From: Catajapyx aquilonaris
Lineage: Eukaryota
Length of the DNA stretch: 52,090 bases
NCBI GenBank assembly: GCA_000934665.2
Contig: JYFJ02002717.1
Span: 1 to 52,090 of the forward strand
Reading direction: 5' to 3'
How positions within the stretch are numbered: position 1 is the stretch's first letter; every line of letters begins with the position of its first letter. The position numbers were made by a program, and so were the translations under genes. Positions 44,901 to 52,090 of this stretch are shown piece by piece. The notes under the pieces were generated by a model. That model saw only the letters and a program-made list of their open reading frames with translations, was not told the DNA's origin and ran no database searches.

Positions 44901-47758
44901 AAAAAAATCGGGACGAGGCCCACAAGACGTAAAGGGCGGGGCGCAAGCCCGCCGCAGGCGAACATTTTTGGGGTTCAAGGTCACACGAGCTTAGGTGAAT
45001 GCGGGAGATTTGAATGGGTGCGAGTATTTCATGAAATTGATAGCACTTTTTTTTAAAAAAAAAATTGAATCAGTAATTTTTGCATATTTTTTGATAATAG
45101 CCCAGGTTTCTCGGGGGGAGAGGAGGGGGCGGTCTAGTGGGATGGCGGCATCTCTTGGTAAAATATCACACCACGATTTATTGCGTTAGAGCGCCTCTGC
45201 TGGCAAATATCCCGACTACGAATGTGTGAATTTGGACACGGCCCTTTACTTCATCCCCAGCCCCCAGGCCTAGCGTCATCTGCACATGTTCATGTCTCGC
45301 ATTGTACTGTACGTACAAAAGTGAAGGTACAGTGGACTGGTAGAGTAAGTTCATGACCGGGTTACTCACATCCTATTTACTTCCAGGGTGGGAGCAGGAC
45401 GAGGACCCTTGCTGGTGACTGGAAGGAACAATAAGTGGTGCATTTGGTGACCAAGCAGTGAGTATTCTTATTAGAAGGGGATACACTTCATTTGATGTCT
45501 GGGCTCTGAATTACGAGGGATAGTCGAAGCAAATCGAGGCTGGTAATAATGTGAAAAAAATAATGACTTTGCCACTGTTGCGGTGAGTTGCATCGCGTTC
45601 AGCTTAGACTATTCCGCGTATCCCAGACAATGGCGCAACAGGATGTAGACATTTTCGCCCATTGTCTTGCCAGTGTCAACAAACGTGGTGGTCAGCCATG
45701 AGGACCAGTATTTATTGAGGCTTTGCTTGTGTTTGAAGAATAGAGCCAGAGAGCAGCTTATGATATGGTAAGAGTATGGAGAGTAGATACGGCGGGTCAC
45801 CAGCCGTAAGATGTAAGAAGACCATGACTCAAAAACTAGTAGGGGTGAATGTCGCATGCATGCCCTGCACTAATCCCCGCTCATGCATGCGACTTTGACC
45901 CTTACTATAGTTTTTGAGTTATGGTCGTCTGACATGTGACGGCAGTTTTTGACCACTTAATGAAGTAGCTGCCTCTACCGAACCTGCACACAACTTTGTG
46001 GGAGCAATAATTGATGTAGCAATAATACTGCAATAATATTCCCGTTGGTGTTGAGCCAGAGCAGGGTATGACTTGCAATATTTTGATAGTATTTATAGCA
46101 TATTTGTCTGGAATAGCCTGGTACCCTAACATGGAGCCCCGCAGCATAAGTTTTTGGGAAAAAATAGCCCAACCTGATTTTTTGGGGACATCCTATTTTT
46201 TTAAATGAAACCTTTCATTTATTAATATTACCTATATTATTATTAACTACCTATGTGTGCCTGAAGTATGGAACCAGAAAGACCTGCGAACAGCAAGCAA
46301 GTAATGCGAAGTGCTGAAGGAGTTTGCCTTGATCTTTTGTAATGGAGTAGGGAGTTCCCAAGGGGGTCCCTTCTCGAAGCTGGTTGATGATTATGGATTG
46401 GTCACACACTATGGTCTGTGCACTGTCAACAAAACTTGCATATTCTCAGAGCCATGTACGCACACTGTAAGATTATTTTAGTACGGTGCCATAAGTATTC
46501 AAAAAATTTGATTGGGGTCAAAATTATGGAAATCTACATTGGTAATTATTGCTGCATGCTGCTCAAGTAATTCAGTAGTTTTTCACCTTACCCATCTCTT
46601 AGCATGTCGTATGACTCTGTGTCCGTTTTCTTCAAATGGAATCAAAACCTGACCGCTGAATGTTGTTCCCCACAGCCGACTTCCATCTTGACACTGGTAG
46701 AGTGGAGGCAGATATGAACTTTCAAGGGAATGGTCAATGTCGGACCCCTCCGATTTGGTTAAGCGGGGCGAGCGTGCCCCTGACTCTCGGCCTTCTGAGT
46801 AATAATAATTTTCCACTGAACGAGAAGACTGAAGGAGACTTGTTTTTTTTTTCTTAAAACAGGTTAGAACACTTAACACAGTCATGTCCCAAATAGTAGC
46901 CTATCATTTTGTCACCTTTGGTAGAGGCATAAAGGGATTTGGCATCAAACATGACATAATAATTATTGATATCTGTGAATGTGATAGGATCCAAAATTTT
47001 CAATATTTTCCCACAGACATAATAATATCTACATAAAATTCCCTGTCACAATTATGAAACACTAAAGTAATACAAAAGAAGAGTGTAGCGTGTTTGGACT
47101 CAGAGTGTTGCAATGATGTGTTGATGTTTAGATTGTTTTGTTATTTTCAATTTTTTCTTAGCTCTCCTGGTAATGACAGTTTGTAAAAATAGGCCCTACA
47201 GGGTGACCAGAAGGAAGCTCTATAATTTCAACTTGCTGCCATTACGCAAGTTACTGGCCCATGGTGGCGAAATGGTACAAATGAGAAGGGACACTCATCA
47301 AGTTTATGTAAAAAAATAAGTAGCTTTCACTATTGCTCCTTTAGTATCAAGCACAATTTTAAGCCGAAAATCTTCCTCCCCCGAGGTTCTCTCCAGCATG
47401 TTCGGTGTGATGGGGGACACGCCATTATTTGGGCCGCCCACTTTAGTTGCATAGACTCTGTCTTGAAGTTGTGGAAATGTGAAATATTCAGCATGTCCAG
47501 CACATCTGTGATCAAATTAAGCTCAGCTAACCACCACACAACTTGTGTTTTCCCATCTGTAGATGCTATGTTTGCATATTCCGACAACATTCCCCACAGG
47601 AGCACCACCGCATCACAGAATCTTAGTTTGCCCCGGGTGACAAAGAACCTAGTTGCGCCCCTGCAAAATGCCTATGATATCCCAAAAATCACCAAAATCA
47701 CTTTCATATCAGCGATGCTCATCACTGAGCGGATCGCTCACCCATAGACATGGCCTAA

Positions 47759-47916
47759 AGCTGCGTTTACGTGTGAGCTATTTGATCAGCAATGTTGCAG
47801 AGATGAGACCAATATTGTTTGGGGCGAAAATATATTGTTACCACTTTTGTTACTTTCGCTCAGCAATGCCATAGCTCCAACATCACTGATCAAATCCCTC
47901 ACATGTAAATGCGGCT
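47759..47916. mobile_element. 158-bp PIF/Harbinger (Tourist-like) MITE
   Basis: Imperfect TIRs of about 47 bp, AGCTGCGTTTAC...GTAAATGCGGCT, flanked by a TAA TSD (47756-47758 and 47917-47919). Confidence 0.8.
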
Positions 47917-48339
47917 TAACAGAAGTAACCCATTAAATTGTTGCATTGCCCTCTGAAGCCAGCAAATAATGGTCAACAAATGCATTTCTACTCCATAATT
48001 TGAGTGCCTCTACCAGCCAGGATTAGAAGCACATATTCTGGTGTTACAGTGTCCACAGGTGCAGTGCCATACAGTGCACTAAAAGAGCAACACAAACTTC
48101 ATTGTAGTTTCATTGTGACAAGTACAAGTTAATGGGAAAGAACCTGTAATCACTAACCTGACGAGTTTCATAAGTAGGCTCCCATCCAACCGAGTAAAAA
48201 TTTAGCGATCTTAATCACTATGTTGTTGGAATTGTAGACTCGTGGGCAACTAATTTTACACCCTGCGTAATTCCTGCATAGCAAAGAAAATTATAAATAA
48301 CATCCATGATGCTTCTTCCTGCAGCTGATCAACTGAAAA

Positions 48340-49365
48340 TTGTCAGACGTCCAACACATGGTCTTTACTCAACAAACTCGACCATTTTTCTTCAAGTGGG
48401 CTATTGAGAAATATCTTGCATTAGCTAAGAAAGACAAAATAATATCCCAACCGTTTACAACTGGGGGACCAATACCAAGAAAGTGGGCGATGCATATTTA
48501 TCCCCAAGGCAATGGTACGGCTTGCAGCGGTTATGTCTCAGTTTACCTCGCCTACCTGAGTCCTGATCATGAGGTCACAGCATCACGAAAGTTCTCTATT
48601 AAGAGTGCCACCAACAATGACTATAGTGTAGGTCCTTGGCCTGCTAAGGAGTACATTCAGTACCGCAAAGAAAATTTCGCACTTACTTGGGGCTATAGCA
48701 AATTTATTTCCATCCAAGAGTTACAAGAGAGGGCATCTGACCTCCTACCTAATGATACACTTACCTTGATTTGTGAGGGAGAGGTCATGTTGGAGAGAAA
48801 GCATGAGGAAGTGAAAGAAAATGCTGAATTTTATGGCCCTGGATTATATGAAGATGTGCAGCAAATTATGAAGTCCAATTTAAATAGGGATGTAACATTG
48901 GTGTCACAGCAAACGGAGTTTCCAGTGCACCAGTTTATTCTTTGTGCTCGAAGTCCAGTCTTTGCAGCCATGTTTGAGCACGACACGGAAGAAAAAAGGT
49001 CAGGCAGGGTCATTATCAAGGACTGCAAGCCTGAAGTGGTGCAAGACCTCATTCACTTTGTGTACACTGATCAAGCCCCAGAAGACATGCAGGTTGAGTT
49101 GGCAATGGAACTTCTGGCAGCTGCTGATAAGTATCAGATTCTCCGTCTGAAATGTTTGTGTGAGATTTGGCTTACAAAATGTTTAACTGTGGGAACAATA
49201 CTAGATATTCTGAATTTGGCCGTGATACATGAGTCATCAAAACTGAAGGAAGCATGTCTGAAGTTTGTCAAGTCCAATGTAAATGAGGTGAAGGAGTCTC
49301 AGTCTTGGAAAGAATGTACCAACGTTAATGTCATGAGGATTCTGTTTGATTATTGTGTTTGTTAG
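48340..49365 (+). CDS. SPOP-like MATH-BTB protein G (most SPOP-like member)
   Basis: FKWAIEKY, TWGYSKFI and VHQFILCARSPVFAAMFEHDTEEKRSGRV. The paralog-equivalent start is TTG at 48340 and the first ATG is at 48358. Confidence 0.9.
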   Translation: MSDVQHMVFTQQTRPFFFKWAIEKYLALAKKDKIISQPFTTGGPIPRKWAMHIYPQGNGTACSGYVSVYLAYLSPDHEVTASRKFSIKSATNNDYSVGPWPAKEYIQYRKENFALTWGYSKFISIQELQERASDLLPNDTLTLICEGEVMLERKHEEVKENAEFYGPGLYEDVQQIMKSNLNRDVTLVSQQTEFPVHQFILCARSPVFAAMFEHDTEEKRSGRVIIKDCKPEVVQDLIHFVYTDQAPEDMQVELAMELLAAADKYQILRLKCLCEIWLTKCLTVGTILDILNLAVIHESSKLKEACLKFVKSNVNEVKESQSWKECTNVNVMRILFDYCVC

Positions 49366-50419
49366 GATAATGTTGTTCACATGCGCTGTTCATGTAGTGA
49401 ATGACATTCCATTTTTTTGTGTAATACCAGTGTTCTGTTGTGCCCGTATTATTTGGCCTATAATTTTGACACTGATAGAAACCTTATTTATATGGATATG
49501 AAGATGCTACCTCATTTAACGCATACGCTTATAATACTGGCATGTCATGCAGATGTATATTTCGTTTCTTCCAATATATGCAAGATCCAATAGATGTTGC
49601 AAGATGTTACTTTGATAATAATTAGCAATACATTTTCTGAAAGTTGTTCCTTCTAATATGAGAGGTGAAATAAAGTTGTTTTTCCCTTATTAGTTTGATT
49701 TCATGTGAATCAGACTTATTGCTACAGTACAAATCATGAACATACTATTACCCTATGTGCACCTCTCCATGTCGTGATTTCCATTCCTACTCCCCCAGCC
49801 ACCTCTTCCCCTTCGCCCTTCCCTAGACTCCACGAGTGACTCATTTCCAGGCAGACCACTTTTAAAAGTGGCTGTGGGAGCCACACGTGTCATTTGGAAC
49901 GGCCATTAATTTGGTCCCAGAGGCACAGATCAGTGTATAAGTTATAAAAATTCAATGATCGCTTGAAACTTGGTGATGTCCACTTGTGGCCTAAGGATTC
50001 ACAATGAGCCATCAAGTCAGGATTTGGGATGTTCACTTGCATGTAAGCAAAGTGAAAGATCAAATCTTTGCTTCACATTGTTTAGTTTAGTAACATTGGG
50101 TGGAATTTTTGTCCCACTGCTAGTTACTTATAATTTAGCAGTAACTACAGTATATAGCAGTGTTACGAAAATTCAACCAATTGCTTGGAGTCTCAGTCAT
50201 GGAAAGAATGTGTTGATGTGGATGTTTTGAAGTTTCTCTTGGATCTGTATGCAGATTTTGGGCTTTCAAGATTCCCATAATTTAGGGTCCTATCTACGGA
50301 TTAAAAATACTGTTAAGTGAATGTCAAAATAGCAAACATGAAGAATTAAAGAAATATTATAATTTTGTTTCCTGACATTGTGTATACAGCATATCAATCC
50401 AACATATTGCCAGAAATCA

Positions 50420-50784
50420 GGGGAGGTGTGGTGGCCGTGATGGTAACGTCTCAGCTTGCTGTGTGAAAGGCCCCAGGTTCGATCCCCGCCTGGGGAACTT
50501 TCCTTTCACCTGCGTCAGGAGGGTCTCTGACCTGCACCAAGGAGGTGTCTGGCAACCTAACCTCCTGGGGGACAGCACATGACCCATTAGCTACGACATT
50601 GCACCTTGCACCCATGTTCCCTCCCCAAAAATCCCTATCCTTTCCCATTGTCCTTGTTTCCTTGCACCGGTGAATGAAGTGGAAAATATATATAGAAAAA
50701 CTGATGGTGGTATGCCACCCCCCGAAGCAGGACGTAATGTACTGAGCAAGGGGTAGTGAAATAAATAAAAATAAATAAATAAAA
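50420..50784 (+). mobile_element. tRNA-derived SINE, full length (365 bp)
   Basis: A box TGGCCGTGATGG, B box GGTTCGATCCC, (AAAT)n tail and a perfect 16-bp TSD ATATTGCCAGAAATCA (50404-50419 and 50785-50800). Confidence 0.9.
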
Positions 50785-51164
50785 ATATTGCCAGAAATCA
50801 CAAAACTTATCGTCTTATTTCTTTGAGTAATCCCTTTCTCCGCCTCCTTCTCCACTTTATTCTCCAACTCGGGAGCCCATATGCTAGGCATATCCTAAAT
50901 TCACAAGATGACTTCCTGTGATTGCAGCTCGCTATTATGATGGAAAATGAGAGCCACGAGAACCTGCATTGTGCCATAAAGCTTATATGAGAGAGGGAAG
51001 TTGCCAAAAAAAACTGCTGTTTTTAGAAGGTCATCATCAGCATTTGGAGAAGCTCCTTTCACCAATTGGAGACACTATTATTTTTGTAAGGCCTTTTTCC
51101 ATAGCATTCCTTGACTTTAAATCACCATGACTTTAAGAAATTGGAAAAAAAAAGTCGATGATGA

Positions 51165-51565
51165 TTTTTTTTTAGATATACCCAGTGCTAGAGCCATGGG
51201 CTCTCTTAGGGGAGTGGAATACCACTATGTGCAGGGACAGGGTGGGGATAGGAGGGGGGGACACTGGTGCATGTGCAATGTCATCAAGTTGGGGGTCGTG
51301 TGCAGTCCCTCAGGGGGTCCGTTCGCCATAGATGGCCCCCTAGATGCGAGTTAGAAACCCCCCACTAACCCGCACCTCCTCCAGGACAGGGAAAGGAAGG
51401 AAGCGGCTGTGGCCTATTTTACGGTACGATCCCGGAAATTATTCCTGGGGCGACCTTGGAAAACCACACAAAACCAAGGTCAGGACCGCCGGCCTCCGGG
51501 ACTCGAACCCAGGACCTCCCGATTAGCAGTCGGATACCAAATCCCCTCCGCCACTACTGCTTCGG
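51165..51565 (-). mobile_element. Second tRNA-derived SINE of a different family
   Basis: Minus-strand head TAGTGGCGGAGGGG...GGTTCGAGTCCC (B box at 51499-51510) and a short A-tail at 51165-51172. No clear TSD. Confidence 0.7.
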
Positions 51566-52090
51566 TGGACATTCGTGTGGCATTTGGCATTTGTGTGGCA
51601 TTTTGTGTGGCATTTGAAATTAATATAAGTCAATGGAGGGGTCCAGCCAAAAATGAGACAACAAAAATAATTTCTCTGCCATTCGAATCATGCGCAAATT
51701 TCAAGCCAAAATGTCAAGTCGGGGCACCTTCGGCCATCTGTGACCCGCAGATGCAACCAATCTGTCATGCAAATCATTTTATCATCTTAATCACATTTTT
51801 ATTATCACTCATACAGAATCACCTGGTAATGAAATTCAATCTCATTGTTTTTGTAAATTCCCAATTTTCCAAACTGTGAGTCTGTGAAATCGGACACGCC
51901 TTTTATTGCGTCACCAATAAAGGGACCAGGCCTCGTGTTCATCTGCACGTGGTTGTGTCTTGCATTGTACGTACAGAGGGTACAGAGGTAAATGTACAGT
52001 GCAGAGACTACAAAGTAGTCAGACTCGCCACGCAATGTTATTTGGCGTTCGCGTGAAAATCCGGCCGCCCGCATGAACTTGGGCTTGCGC

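Noticed and set aside
45400..47750. Short ORFs (60-100 aa) in the TE-rich interval
   Set aside because: No recognisable domains or consistent splice pattern. Likely decayed repeats.
50420..50495. tRNA gene
   Set aside because: A and B boxes are present, but the unit continues into a body, an A-rich tail and a TSD, so it is a SINE head. The same applies to 51495-51565.
51574..51615. Short TGTGGCATTT repeats as a CRISPR-like array
   Set aside because: Only 3-4 irregular 10-bp units without spacers, in a eukaryotic context.

Overview
This is eukaryotic, arthropod-like genomic DNA: many 50-70 nt GT-AG introns and a TATA plus TCAGT initiator. The species cannot be named from sequence alone. From left to right it holds: two minus-strand 12-exon firefly-luciferase/4CL-family acyl-adenylate ligases (luc-like 1 and 2); a myo-inositol 2-dehydrogenase-like gene with two candidate first exons; a tandem array of six SPOP-like MATH-BTB genes interrupted by a full-length 4.5 kb LINE with a perfect 12-bp TSD; a divergent GTSF1/Asterix-like CHHC-finger gene; two plus-strand luciferase-like genes (3 and 4) made by a tandem duplication that also copied the tail of the neighbouring gene; a complete NKCC/SLC12 cotransporter and a paralog lacking the C-terminal domain; and a TE-rich stretch with a seventh MATH-BTB gene, a Harbinger-type MITE and two tRNA-derived SINEs. 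The most notable observations are: (i) patchwork gene conversion among the four luciferase-like paralogs that spares the substrate-pocket exons; (ii) a probable germline module of MATH-BTB genes, with a shared X-box-like upstream motif and 4 of 7 lacking the Cul3-binding phi-X-E motif, next to a piRNA-cofactor homolog; (iii) a LINE whose ORF2 has no AUG and follows ORF1 in frame across a single TGA; (iv) three paralog-specific intron differences; (v) a transmembrane-only NKCC. All gene models were read by eye and no database searches were run.
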